A stretch of DNA of 64,000 bases from Piromyces finnis finn (taxonomy: Eukaryota; Fungi; Neocallimastigomycota): positions 744,001 to 808,000 of the forward strand of contig MCFH01000020.1 in NCBI GenBank assembly GCA_002104945.1, in the 5' to 3' direction. The translations under genes and the position numbers were made by a program. The notes beneath the pieces are model-generated. The model did no database searches and was not told the DNA's origin. It saw only the letters and a list, made by a program, of their open reading frames with translations. Below, piece by piece: positions 29,001-42,420 of the stretch (the stretch's first letter is position 1; every line of letters begins with the position of its first letter).

Positions 29001-32000
29001 ATTTTAATAACTCATAATATTGTAAAATTAGAATAATCCAGTTTTTAATATTTATTATTATATATATTCTTTATACACAAACAACTAATGTAGACTCTAT
29101 CTCGAATGGCAAAATTAGAATCATTAATTGCAGAAATGGAATATGTTAGAACTAGAGAAAATGAATCAATTCCACATTTTATAGAAATATCAAGATTATG
29201 GAAGTTTTACTTAAAGGCACAAGATTTTGATGACAAAAAAAAGATTGACGAAATCATCGTTCAAATATTTAAGACACCAAAAGAATACGACCCACTATTA
29301 AGTCGATTATCTAGTCCTGCAGAAGTAATTTATAATCTACATAATTTACCAGATTTTTTCTTATTTGTCTTGAATGATAATCGTGATCCAGCAATTTATT
29401 TTAGATCAATGAGTTTAAGTGCAATTCAATTTATTATTGATACATCAGGATGCAGGTAATATATATTATATCTTTATTGTTGTTTTAATTTTAATATTAT
29501 TAATTTATGTATAAATTTATCACTTTTATTAATCATTATAATATCCTTAATTCTGTAAACAATTTAACAACAACAATAACAATAGTGTTGGTTCAGAATA
29601 TTCAAAAATTTGTCAACATTTATTTCTTAATTATTCATTATGGGATGATAATCAGCAATTAAATGATCAATCATCAGATATTGATGATAATAGTAACAGA
29701 AAAAGTATTGAAAATACTCCATTAAGCATGACATTTGAACGTGGTGGTTGGATTAATCAACTTTTCTATGTATTAGAATCGTGTTATAAACTTATACCAG
29801 AATTCTCTAATGAAGTATTAAGAGAATTTATAGAAGAATGGGCTTTCCCTGCTGCGGTTGCATTAAACCGTACTCAAGGAGTAAATATAAATAAACACAT
29901 AAAAATATCTTAATTTTTATCAAATAATTCGATTAACACATTTATATATGTTTATTTATATTTTAAAATATATATAGGCAATTATTCAGCTTTATAGATT
30001 TTTATGTTCAGCCTTCCTAAATATTGAAGGTTATGATATTTTAATATCAAACCCATTTTTAGATGCTGTCATTAGTGATTTAATCGGAAATGGAACTTTA
30101 AGTATTGCCGCAGGAAGATTTTGGGCTGTTTTAGTCGAAAAGACTTTAAATATCCTTTTATATTATTATTATTAGTATTATTGTTATATCTAATATTTTA
30201 TAAAATCAGTATTTAATAATTTGATTTTTTAGATTTAATAAAATTATTTCTTAACAAATATGTTTACCTGTTATAGAAAAGCATAATACAGGCTTAATTC
30301 TTAAGTATGTTACAGATAGAATTTGCCAAATGTTATGTGATGAAACAAGCGTCATTGAAGGCGAAATTTGCCTTTTATTAGATATTATTTGCCGTATTGC
30401 CAGTAAGGTTAAAAATATAGAAGATGATCCATTAAAAGATGAAATTGCCTGTAGTTTTGTCACTGTATCTGGTGTGTTATTAGATACTTTTGAAATAAGT
30501 GTAAGCTTTTTCAGAATATAAATATCAATTATTTAGATAATCAAGGAGATATTTTAAATTTATCAATGATAATTAATAATTATTATGCATATGTATATAG
30601 ATTATTGATAGATATCCAGATATGTTTGTTACTCTTTGGCAAACATTTAGACTATCTGTTGAAATTATACCTCAAAATTTCAAAGGTGTTGTCGCTCAAG
30701 CTATTGCGTCAGTACTTCGTAATTTTACAAAAAAATTAAATGGTAATTTTTTGTAATAGATGATATAACACATCTTATTTCAAAGATATAATAACCATTA
30801 AATACAATAAATAATTAATTCAATAAATAATTAATTTTTTTTAATAACTTCTTTTAGATTGTGCACCAACACCAAAAGCTACTAAAGCGTTATATAATAT
30901 TTTGCGTTATATTCAACCAGACGATCAAATTTTACAGTTGGCTATAGAATTGTTACCACCATTTAGTCAGGTATTTCATCCATTACTATTGTTAAGGATA
31001 AAATTAAAATAAAAAACATTAATAAAAGTATCTAATTTTTTACTTTGTCTTTATGTATATTTATATAATATAGTCCATACCACATAGTATAGATAGTCAT
31101 CAATTAGATGTATTAAGAGAATTAGTCATTATAAGTTCAAAAGCAATTAAAGACAGAAAAATCATGGAGGAAATGATTAATGCTTTATTTGATAAGTTTA
31201 CTGTTCGAAGTGAAAACTTTGAAAGAACATTAAGATTCTTAGCATCTCTTACTTTGACAAGATTAACACCAACAGGTAGATACTTTAAAAATAAAGCAAT
31301 ATGGAAATTCGAATGGCTTGAATGGGTTTTAGAAATTTGTCTATTTGAAAATCTAATTCCAGAAGGAAGTAAATTTTATAAAAAGATTTATTATTATTAT
31401 TATACACAATTTTATTATAATTCTTTATTAATTTATCTTTTTATTTTGTAATATTATAATAAAAATCTTTATTATTATTTTATATTAAAATAAAGTATTT
31501 TCATTGGATACTGTAAATGATTCAAAGGGATTAGAAACAACAAATCAATTATTCATTGAAAAATTAAAGTATTTAAAATCATTAATTTCCATATTGAAGC
31601 CATATCATGTTAAATTAAACTTTGAAACCATCAATTTAGAATCTTCATTTATCACCCGTTATAATGATATAGCTGGATGTTGTTTCTTATTATTAGGTCA
31701 TCCAGATATTCATGTTATATGTTTAGCATACGAAATAATGGTTGGTATTTCAACAAACATTATAAGAATCAACTCCATTCGTAATTATCCAAATGATAAG
31801 TATGCTATCTCTTAATAATAAATAAATTTAAAAGTAATAATCAATGTATAACATTTTCTTTATTTATTTTATAAATTAGTCTTCTTAACGTATTAGAATA
31901 CTATCCAACCTTTTTAATTAAAACTTTAAAAAGATTCCTTCATGATAAAGAAATGGTTCTTTCTTGCTTAAGTGCTATCATCTGGATGTATCAAGTAGGC

Positions 32001-33479
32001 TTTGGTTTTATTTTACTAATTGGTATTTAATAATAAATATTATTTTTTATTCTAAACTTATTTTTATTACTTTTACAATAATTGCACTATTAGACTCTTG
32101 GTGAGATAGAATTAACTGACGAAGAATATACCAAAATATACCCTGAATCATTGTGGGATGTATGCATAAATGTACTAAAGAGTCCATTCCGTGAAACTTC
32201 AGCAAGATCTATTGATTTAATTAGCGTAATATTCAATTTCGTTAATATACAGGTAAAAAATTAGTTAACATTTAATTTAAAGATTCTTTTTTTTTTTTTT
32301 TTTTTTTTTGAATGAAAATGTAAATAATGATTTTATTTATAATAAAAAAATATTTTTTTTAATATATTGTTATTAAAGTTATTATCCACAAGAGGATGGA
32401 AAGGAATTAATGTAATATTACTCTATCTACTTAACCATGGTTCATGGAAAAGACGTTTAACTGGAATAAAACTACTGTATATCTTGGCTAGAAGATGGCC
32501 AACATACATTCATCCTCATGAAGATCTTATTGAAAGAACAAAAGAAGCTCATGAAAGAGTTATTGTCCTTCAAGGTAACTTTAAAATAATATAACATTTA
32601 TTATAATTAAAAATAATAATTTTAAATATATATTATAATGGATAAATTTGATTAATTTTTTTTTACTATTAATGATATACTATAGATGATGGTCGTGATG
32701 CTGTTAGAAATGCTGCAACACATCTCTTTTTAATGTATAATTCCTCTGATATTACAGAAATATCAGAATTATTAATCGAGCCACCGGATTTAAAAATTAT
32801 TCCAATATCTATGGTCCCTCAATTTGCTTTACCAGAAATTCCAAGTGAAGATGGTGTTATTAAATTGGCTCTTGACTATCATGATGAATGTGAATCTCCT
32901 AATATATTTAATTTCTGTGATCATCCTAAACGTATTCCAAGTTACTTTGAAATTGATTTGGGTTATTATCAATATGTTGAACCTCTTGATTTAGTATACG
33001 AATGTCCAGAAATTGATATAGCGTAAGCTTTTATATATATAATAGATTATTGTAGTAAGATTATTAACTTTTCTTCCCCTTTAATATGCTGGATATTATA
33101 TTACTCATTATTATAGTAGTACTCCACAAACATTAAAAGAATTTACTGAATTTCCATCTGAAGAATTTTATATTAATTATATAATGGAAAAGAATAAGGT
33201 AAAAATTATAGGACACAACAATTTTTTTTTCAATATTTCAATTTTATTATATTATAATTATTAATTAATTTTTGCTATTTTTAATATTAGTTGAGATGGG
33301 TTATTTTGAATGAACCTCAAAATACAGTTGAACAAATAGAATATAATTCAGGGGAGGTAATAATGATACTTGTTAATTATAATATATCTTTTTTTTTTTT
33401 TTTTCACTTTAATTAAATTTTCTTAATATATATGAAATATATATAGAATATTGATGAATTTGATGAGTTCACTGAGTAA
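26015..33479 (+). CDS. Large uncharacterised protein: disordered N-terminus with 12-aa tandem repeat, then a long alpha-helical (HEAT/ARM-like) region; about 20 exons, one U12-type intron
   Basis: Exons can be joined in phase from ATG 26015 to TAA 33477-33479. All introns are GT-AG except an AT-AC intron at 30150-30267. The C-terminal part has amphipathic helical segments (e.g. LLNHGSWKRRLTGIKLLYILARRW, DDGRDAVRNAATHL) typical of HEAT/ARM solenoids. I do not recognise the family. Confidence 0.75.
27388..27819 (+). repeat. Coding minisatellite: 12 x 36 bp, unit EEN(S/T)IPFP(S/T)SNN
   Basis: Twelve consecutive 36-bp units in ORF 26731-28113, plus 2-3 degenerate copies upstream (DCIPFPSL, DTIPFPSS). 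Units differ mostly at synonymous positions; units 3-5 and 6-7 form near-identical sub-blocks. Confidence 0.95.
30150..30267 (+). other. U12-type (minor spliceosome) AT-AC intron, 118 nt
   Basis: 5' end ATATCCTTTT (30150-30159), branch site TTTCTTAAC (30247-30255), 3' end TTTAC (30263-30267), branch A 13 nt from the 3' end. Removal joins A|CT in phase 1, giving ..FWAVLVEKTLTVIEKHNTG.. and deleting an in-frame TAG (30173-30175). Confidence 0.85.
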
Positions 33480-36400
33480 TTATTCATAAATGATAGTGAA
33501 ATAAAATTTGTATAAATAAATAATAAATATCAACAATATTTTTTAATAATAGTTTTCTAAATGTTTTAGTATAAAAATCAATAAATAAAAGCAATCAACA
33601 GAACAATTTTTTTTTATTAATTATAATTTAAAAGTAATAGCAGTATTCAATCATTAAAATACATCAATATATTCATATAAAAAGTTGAGTAACTATAAAA
33701 TTATTATGTATAATAATATATTTTTCATAGCCAAAATTGGAAAATAATAATAACAATAACAATAATAAAAATGAATCAGTATACTATTAATATAATAATA
33801 ATGATAATAATAACAACGATAGCAACAACAATAACATTAATATAAAAATCAGAAATTTATTAAAACAATTATAAAAATTATAGAATTATATATATCAAAC
33901 TATAAAAATTCTTTTTTAACACATTCATTTTTTTTTTTTTTTAAAGGAGAAATTGCAAAATTTTAATTCATAAATATTTAAAATTAAAAAACTATCATTA
34001 TAAAGTAAAATCATAGTATATATATTTATATGATAGTGTTGATATATTTTTTTAATTATTTAAATATAAATATTTTAGAATTCTTTCTAATTCTTATATA
34101 TATGTAAATATATAAAGATACTAACATTTTAATAAATTATATAGTTTTATTAAATTAAATAATATTTTATTATAAATAATTATATATTTTCTAATTCATA
34201 TATCATCGAATTTTTAAAAATATTGAAAATTGTATTAAATTTTTTAATAATTAAAATATCATAGAAATACATTTATTTTAAAAGTTCCATTTTTAGGAAA
34301 CATAATATTTTAAGTTTTTTACTAGTATATTATTTTATATATAATTAAAGTTAATTATAATATATAATATTATATAAGTTTTTGTAGATATGTAACATTA
34401 TTAATTAATATTAATTATTATATGTTTGAATTAAATAAATAAATAATATATACATCGTGTAACGTGTCAAAAAATAATATTTTATATAGCATATTTTAAA
34501 ACCGAAATATATAATAAAAAAAAACAATATTAAATAATAAATGAATAAATAAAATTATGTAACCATTAATAAATATGTTTTTTAATTAATTGAATAATTA
34601 AAATAAAAATTTAATTAATGAAACGTCTACCAAAAAAAGTGAAACGGTAAATAAGTTATATTCATTTTTAAAAGAAGTAAAGTTTTTCATAAAAAAAAAA
34701 AACGTGAAAAAAAGAAGGAATAAAATAGGATAGGATTTTTAAAATAAACATTTTTAACATATATTTTATTAATAATTAATCATTTTAATCAAATTTATAT
34801 TATTATTATTATTATTATGAATTAATATTTATCCTAAATTTTTGGAAGATTAATCCAAAAATTTTGGTCTGTGTAAATATTAATAAAAGAGGAATAGATA
34901 GTGAAAATAAAATTTAAGTATTACTGTATATTAGTGTTTTTTTTATTCTATCTATTATTATTATCTAAAATAAATGTTATATTTTAAACTTTATTTATTA
35001 TTTTTCTTTTTTGTTTCTTTTTGATGATGTGGTAAATTACTAATTATAGTAACAAATTGTGATATTAATTTATTTTTAATTTCTGTTAATTAACTAAAAA
35101 GTTTAATGAATGATTAAAAAAAAAATAAATGAATTAACAACAATTTAAATAAATTCATAATAATAAAATAATAGTATTATATTTATGAATATAATCTATG
35201 CATTAATATAAATATACATATATACATATACAACCAAAAACAACCTTTAAGTTTAACCCATTAATATATTATTTAATTGCTATATATAATATATTAATAA
35301 TTTTATTTATATATGTTGTTCTATTATAAATTAATTATAATATATAGTTATAAACTTTAATATATATAAAAAATTCCAATTCGTTTGAATAAATTAATTG
35401 ATAGACTATTTAATAAAAAAATAATAAAAAATAATGGATTCATTTAATGATTATTGGAATAATTAAATTAAAAATATTTAAAAATATATAAATATACATT
35501 GTAATATATAAATAAATACTATTCAATTATTAATATATAATATATTTTTTTATATGAGAGTTACCGTTAAAAGTTATAATATATTAAAATCCCTTAATGA
35601 TTTAATAATAAAAAAAAAAGCATTTCCAATTTAATCTTTTTTTAATGTTTATAATATATAATAAATAAGATTATAATTAATAAAAATTATTTACAAGATA
35701 ATTTTTCTTTTAGAAGTTTTCTTTCTTAGGATTGTTAAAAAAGAAATATTAAATATAAAAACTATAGAACTAAATTGAATATTAATTGTTTTTATATTGG
35801 AAATAACAATAAAAGAAAAAATATATCATATCATATCATCATTAATAGATAAAAAATAATCAATCATCAAAAATCCTTTTATTAAAGTGTAAAAAAAGTT
35901 TTTCATATTACATTGTATAATTCAAAATATTATTTTGGAAAATAAATCAACAGAATGAATGTTTTTACAAAATGTTTCATTTGATTAAACTTTAAAATGT
36001 CAAATAGTAAAATTATTGTTATCATGTAAAAAAAAAAAAAAAAAAAGATTTTAAAAATCTAGTTAATTGTAAATTAATTATTATTAAATATTTAATCAAT
36101 TTAAAGAAAAATATAACATGTTATTTAAAGTAATGAAATTATATTAATTAATAAATTTTAAATTCAAATAATTTGTAATTAACACCATTCTTAAAAATAA
36201 TATAATTTTAACATTAGATATGTATTATTAAACATAATTAATTTAATTATAACATTACTTAAATATTATTAAAGAAAACATTAATTATAATATATTGATT
36301 TTCCAGAGTAATATTCTAATAATTTCATAATATAATTAACATAATTATTAATATATATATTTTCTCATATTTAATAATTTTAGGTGAACTTATAAACTTA

Positions 36401-36773
36401 TTAATATCATAAATTATAATCAACATTAGAAATATTAATAATTATCAATATTAGAAATATATATTATATAAATATAATTATTTATTTTTGAAAATGATAA
36501 ATTGAATTTTTTTTAATACAAATTAAATTAATAAATTTGAATTCTTATTGTTATAACATTTCCAATATAATTTTAACAACAATCAAATATTTAGTTATCA
36601 GTCAAAATAAATCAAGCCTTTAATTTAATTTTAAATTGAATTTTTTAAATATTATTATTTAACTTTGTAGAATATTTTTTTCTTTAATTTTTAATTTACA
36701 TATATATTATATTCAGATATACAATATATTTTTTTTTATAAAAAAAAAAAACAAAAACTTGAAAATATAATAT

Positions 36774-39700
36774 ATGGCAGTAAGTTAAAAATAATTAAAA
36801 TTTATTTAATAAAAAAAAAATAAAAAAATTATTAATAAAAATTATAAATTCACTATAATTAGTCATTTTTATCATCTACAAGAAAGAAATTACTTCAAAA
36901 GATTGAAGACGATAAACAGCCTGTAAGTTTTTATATTTCAATATACTTTTTAATATTTCTTTTTAATTATGGTTAATAAAATTATTAAAAATTAAAATGA
37001 TACCAAAAAATTTATTTTTATATAATAAGAAAAGTAAAAAAAGTTTAATTTTTTCGTATAAAAATAAAAAATTTTAATTTTATTGATATTTTTTCTTATA
37101 AAAAAAACAATATTTATTCAAATTTGATAACTAATGCTATTCTTTTTTTTTATATAAATTATTTATATATACAAATATTTTCATAAATAAAATTGCTGGA
37201 AATATATATATATTTAAAAAATTCAATAACACATGAAATAAACATAAACTGATTTATAATAAATATTTTATCATTGTTAATAAAAAATATTAAAATTAAA
37301 TATTAAAAATTACACTTTTTTTAATACGACACAAAATAAAAACTTCAATATTGAAATTACTTTATTACAATTTTTATTATAATAATTATTGCTGAATTAT
37401 TATAATACAAATATATGCTCTAACTATATAGCAAAAAAAATCGGATGAACCACAAAGTTTATCAAATCTTCTTCACGAGATCGAAGACTTTAGCATTAAT
37501 TTAAGTAATAGCAAAGAAGATAATTCAAAATCATACGATTATAACTCGCGTTCAAGAAATGAAATGTCAGAAAAACGTGATAAAAAAATAGAAACAGAAA
37601 GAAGTGGACGAACAAGAGAAAGAGAGAGACATGGATATGATGATCATTCAAGGTCAAGGTCAAGACCAAAAGAATCTCGTTCTAAAAGTAGACATCGTCG
37701 TCCATCTTCTCCTGGATCTAGAGATAAATCTAGAAGTAGGAAGGATATAGGAGAAAGAAGTAGAACATTAGATAGAATGGAAAGAGATAGAAGAGATAGA
37801 GAAGGTGAAAAAAGTAGAACAATTGATAGAGAAAGAAGTAGAACAATTGATAGAGAGAGAAGTAGAACACTTGATAGAGATAGAGAGAGGGATAGGGATA
37901 GAAATAGAGAAAGAGATAGAGATAGAAGCGAAAGAAAAGCTATTCCTGATAGAAGTAAAACGCTAGATAGTGTAAGAGATAGAGACAGAGATAGAGATAG
38001 AGACAGAGATAGAGATAGAAGTAAAACTTTAGAAAGAGATAGAATGCGTAGAGATAGGACGCATGCAAGAAAAGCTTCTTCTCCAGCTGATATATCAATA
38101 TTGAAAAACAAAAATACTAATCCAAATGATTTTATTGGCCCTCCTATAACAAATTCATCATCAAATGCAGAAAATACAAGTGCTATAAAAGGTTATTCCC
38201 ATGCTATTGCAACATTTCCAAGAAATACCTCATTATCAAAAATAAAAACAGATCAAACATCAAAAATTGATAATAAAATACCATTCTCACCAGGTGTCAC
38301 ATCAAATAATGGTATGGATTCTTCATTTGCATTAAAAAGAAAAGATGATCCATTCCCATTATCTGCATCACCAATATCTGCAGTAAATCCACATGAAGGT
38401 ATATTTTTGTTTATTTTCAATAAGTAGAATATAAATTATAATTAAATTATAATTATAAATATAAAGTACATTAATTATTATTATTTTTTTTTACATATTA
38501 AATAACTATTAATATTTTTATTACTAATAATTTTAATGAAACTATAGAGAGTCATTCTTCCGCAGAATCATCCACTACTGCTGTTATACAAGAAAACAAA
38601 CCAGTTTTTCCAACAAGATCAGAGAGTAAAGGATTTACAAGATCAAGGTCCCGTGCTAATACCCAAACTTCATCTGATAGTCGAAAGTAAGTGGAAAAAT
38701 TTTATTCTATATATTAATATATAAATTATAATAAATTATAATTTAAAAATAAGAATATATAAATTAATTTTAAAATCTTCATTTCCTATGGCAATAAATA
38801 AAATAATATTTTTTTTGATTTAATAATGAAGAGATGTAAGTAATATGTCATTATCAGAAATGAAAAGTGCATTATTAAAGGATCCAAAAAAATTAGGGGG
38901 ACCAGCATCATTATTAGCTGCATTAAAAGTTGGAGATAAATATCATATGTATAAAAATGAAGATACCATTAATCCAAGTTTTAATATTCAAAAAGATAAA
39001 GATTTAATGAAAGAATTATTAGAAAATGTATTTACTCAATCAACAAATTGTTATATATTAAAGAAGGAATCATTTGAAATAATTCAAGACAAAATAAAAA
39101 GATATACTGATCAAATTTCATCTATAAAATCGAAATTACAAAGTGAATCTAGTATCCAAGAATCTGTTATTAATATTGTAAAAAATGGATCAAAAGATTC
39201 ACAAACTCAAAAAACAGCAAAAGAAAAATTATCCTCTACAAATAGAAAATTGGATAAATTAGCTGCAGATTTATTCAAAACAAATGATAAATTAAGAATT
39301 GCACAAAATGATTATTTTTCACATATTGTTGGTGTATATAATTGGGAAGTGGAAAGAATGAGACAATCAAACAAAGGTTTTGCATTAAGTAATGATGATA
39401 TGATTAGAAGATTAAAACAAGAATTAGAAGATCATGTATATATTATAAATGAACAAAAAGAAGATTTAGATGCATCAAAGGCATTAATTTTGCAGTTACA
39501 AGCACAATTAGAGTTAAAGAAACAAGATTCTAATGATAATATGAGTACTCTAGATAGAAAAAATATGGATGAGATTCGTCAACAAATAAAAGAATTAGAA
39601 AAACAACGTATTGAGATTAAATCCTTAGAAAATAAATTTAATGAATCATCTACTGTTGCTTCACCAACAAATTCATGGACAAATAGCTTAGGTCGTCAAC

Positions 39701-42420
39701 GCAATATTAAGAGAATGAGAGAATTGGAAGATGAAATCATTGATTTAAAAGATCAAATGTCAGATCAAAAAGATATAATTGATAAATTAAGATCTGAAAA
39801 TTCCGATCTAAAAGCAAAAATGACTACTATTGAAATTATTTATCAAAGTTTACCATCTGCTCTTGCTGCTAATCGTCATTTTACTGTTGATAATTTAGAA
39901 AAAACAATTAAACTTTTAGTGGAAGATAATGAAGAACAGTTTAAACGTATTAAGAACTTAAGTAAAGATAATCAAGATATAAAAAAGAAACTTCGTGAAG
40001 CAGAAGCAGAAAATGAAATGCAACAAAAGAGAATGAATAAAATGGAAAAGCAAACTCTTCAAAGCCTTCGTTCTCCAATATCACCACGTTCTGAATCATT
40101 AAAGAAAATTGCTGGTGGTGATTCAGATACCCAACAATTAAAGGTAGAAGTTTGCAATTTGAAAAAGGAGATATTTGATCAAGGTAATGAAATTTCACGA
40201 TTAGAACGTGATTTAAAGCTTTCTCAAGGTCAAAATAATGATATGAAGAATGATTTGAATGAAAGTAAGAATAGAGAAGAAAAGTATAAAAAGGAAGCTA
40301 AAGACTTGGAATCTGAAATTAGAAAGGTTGAAGATGACTACAAAAAGGCTAGAGATGAAGCCGAAGATCAACGTATTAAGATCGAAACTCTTAAGAATCA
40401 TATCAGTGAATTAGAACGTGAAGTGAACAGCAAAAAGTTAGCCCAACGTTCTGCTTCTGATGAGTTAAGTTCTAAACGTCAAGAATTATTAGATACAGCC
40501 GAAGATCTTAACGCTCTTCGTGAAGAAAATAAAAACTTAAAGAAAAAATTGAAAGAAGCGACAGGTGAACAAAGCCAACTTACTAGAGATGTTTCTAAAA
40601 ACAATTTAGAATTAGGTGAATATAAATCAAAATACAATAAGATACAAGAAGAATTTGACCAATTAAATAGTAGATATGAATCTCTTCAACATGAATTAGA
40701 GGATGTTAAGTATGAATTAGAAAGCGAAGAAGCTAAAACAAAGAAATTAAGAGAAACAAATAATACTCTTCAAGAAAAATACGATACACTTTTAATTGAA
40801 AAACAATCACAAGAAAGAGGAAATAATATCGATAAAAAGAAGCAAAATGATCAATTAGCCGATGCTGAAAATAGAATTCTAAGTGTTAAGCATGAACTGA
40901 ATAAGGTTCAAGAAGAATTAAATGATAAGAACTCTCAAATAAGAAAAGCAGAAGATAATGAAAAGAAATTATTAAGAGAATTAGAAGATGTTAAGATGGA
41001 CTACAAATATTTAAAGGATGAACATACAACTATGTCAGATGCTCACTCTAAATTACTTGACGAACAACTTTCCATGAAACGTAAATTAGAAGATATGAAA
41101 AATGAAAGAGACGAATTTGAAGAAAATTGTAAACGTCGTTTCAAAAATGAAATTCGTGACCTTCAACATGCTCTTCAAGATGCAGAAGATGAAGTTGATC
41201 AACAGGCTATTCGCGTTAAAGAATATCAATCAAAATATGAAGATGAAGTTAATAATTCAAAGAGTCTTCGTGATGAATTGGATAGTCTTAAGCAAAATGT
41301 TGCTTCAGCTAGAAACTTGATGAATGATACACTTTCCAACAAAGAAAAAGAATTAGAAGAAGCCATTAAAAAGGTAAAGGAAGCTGAATCTAAATCAGGC
41401 GATTCTCAATTAAAGGTAGAAAATATGGAAAAATTAGTTGAAGATATTCAAAACCAATTAACACGATCTGAAAATGCATTAGTTGATTTCAAAGCAAAGT
41501 CTTTCCAAGAACGTGAACAATTCCAGGAAAAGATTGAAAATCTGAACCAAAAAGTAAAGGAAGCTGAAGAGAATAATAGAATGTTAGAAAGAGATCTTAA
41601 AGAATGTCGTAAGAAGGCTAATGAACAAGAAGAAGAATTATCTCACTCAAATAAGGAAATTGACCGAATTATAGAACAACATGAAAAGGATATGAAGTCA
41701 CTCACTGATTCTTATCAAAGTATGATTGATGATTTAGAAGAGAAATTATCCGAAGCTGAATCAATTCGTGATAAATTAGATGATTTAGAATTCAAATATC
41801 AAAATGAAGCTGAAAAGTGGAATAGATCAAAGAGTGATTATGAAAAGGAAATATTAGAATTGACTGAAGAACAAACTCAATCTAAGAAAAAATTGGATGA
41901 TCTTCATAATGAATTAATGCAAGCTCGTCAAAGAGATACAGGAGCCACTTTTGATGAAGTTCAAAATCTTAAAGATAGAGAACAAACCTTAACCGAAGAA
42001 TTAAAAAAGAGAGAAGAAAGAGAAGTAAGATTGGAAGCTGAATTAGAAGCTACTTTGAAGGAATTTGAAAGACTTACAATGAATATTGCTGATTTCGAAG
42101 GAGAAAAGATGAAAATGAATAAATTGAATAAAGAACAAAAAGAAGAAATAGAAGATCTTCGTAAGAAGTTACAAGAAGCCACAGTAGATAACTTAGGTAG
42201 TAAAGTTGCAGCAAATGCTACAGCTAGAACTAAGGAACAAACAATGCGTAATGAATTTAGAAAAATGATTCAAGAAGTTAGAGAAGATTATCAAAAGCAA
42301 TTAAAGAAAGAAAGTGATCGTAATAATGAATTAGATCAAACAATTAAACAGATGAAACGTGAAAAGGATATGATGTCTTATCGTACATGTAATATTGGTA
42401 CTCAAACCAGTATCTATTAA
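36774..42420 (+). CDS. Uds1 (up-regulated during septation 1)-domain long coiled-coil protein with N-terminal Arg/Asp-rich mixed-charge region
   Basis: Exons 36774-36779 (ATGGCA), 36863-36922, 37432-38398, ~38549-38685 and 38832-42420 join in phase. YILKKESFEIIQDKIKRYTDQISSIKSKLQSESSIQESVINI..AKEKLSSTNRKLDKLAADL..DYFSHIVGV follows the Uds1 domain pattern; about 1000 aa of heptad coiled coil follows. The two tiny 5' exons are less certain. Confidence 0.72.
37759..38040 (+). repeat. Coding GATAGA-type (Arg-Asp) repeats with a 3 x 24-bp unit (SRTIDRER)
   Basis: agtagaacaattgatagagaaaga-like unit at 37813, 37837 and 37861, followed by runs of GATAGA/GACAGA. Confidence 0.9.

Noticed and set aside
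37644-38111. Antisense LSLSLS-rich ORF that looks like a membrane protein
   Set aside because: Reverse complement of the GATAGA (Arg-Asp) repeats.
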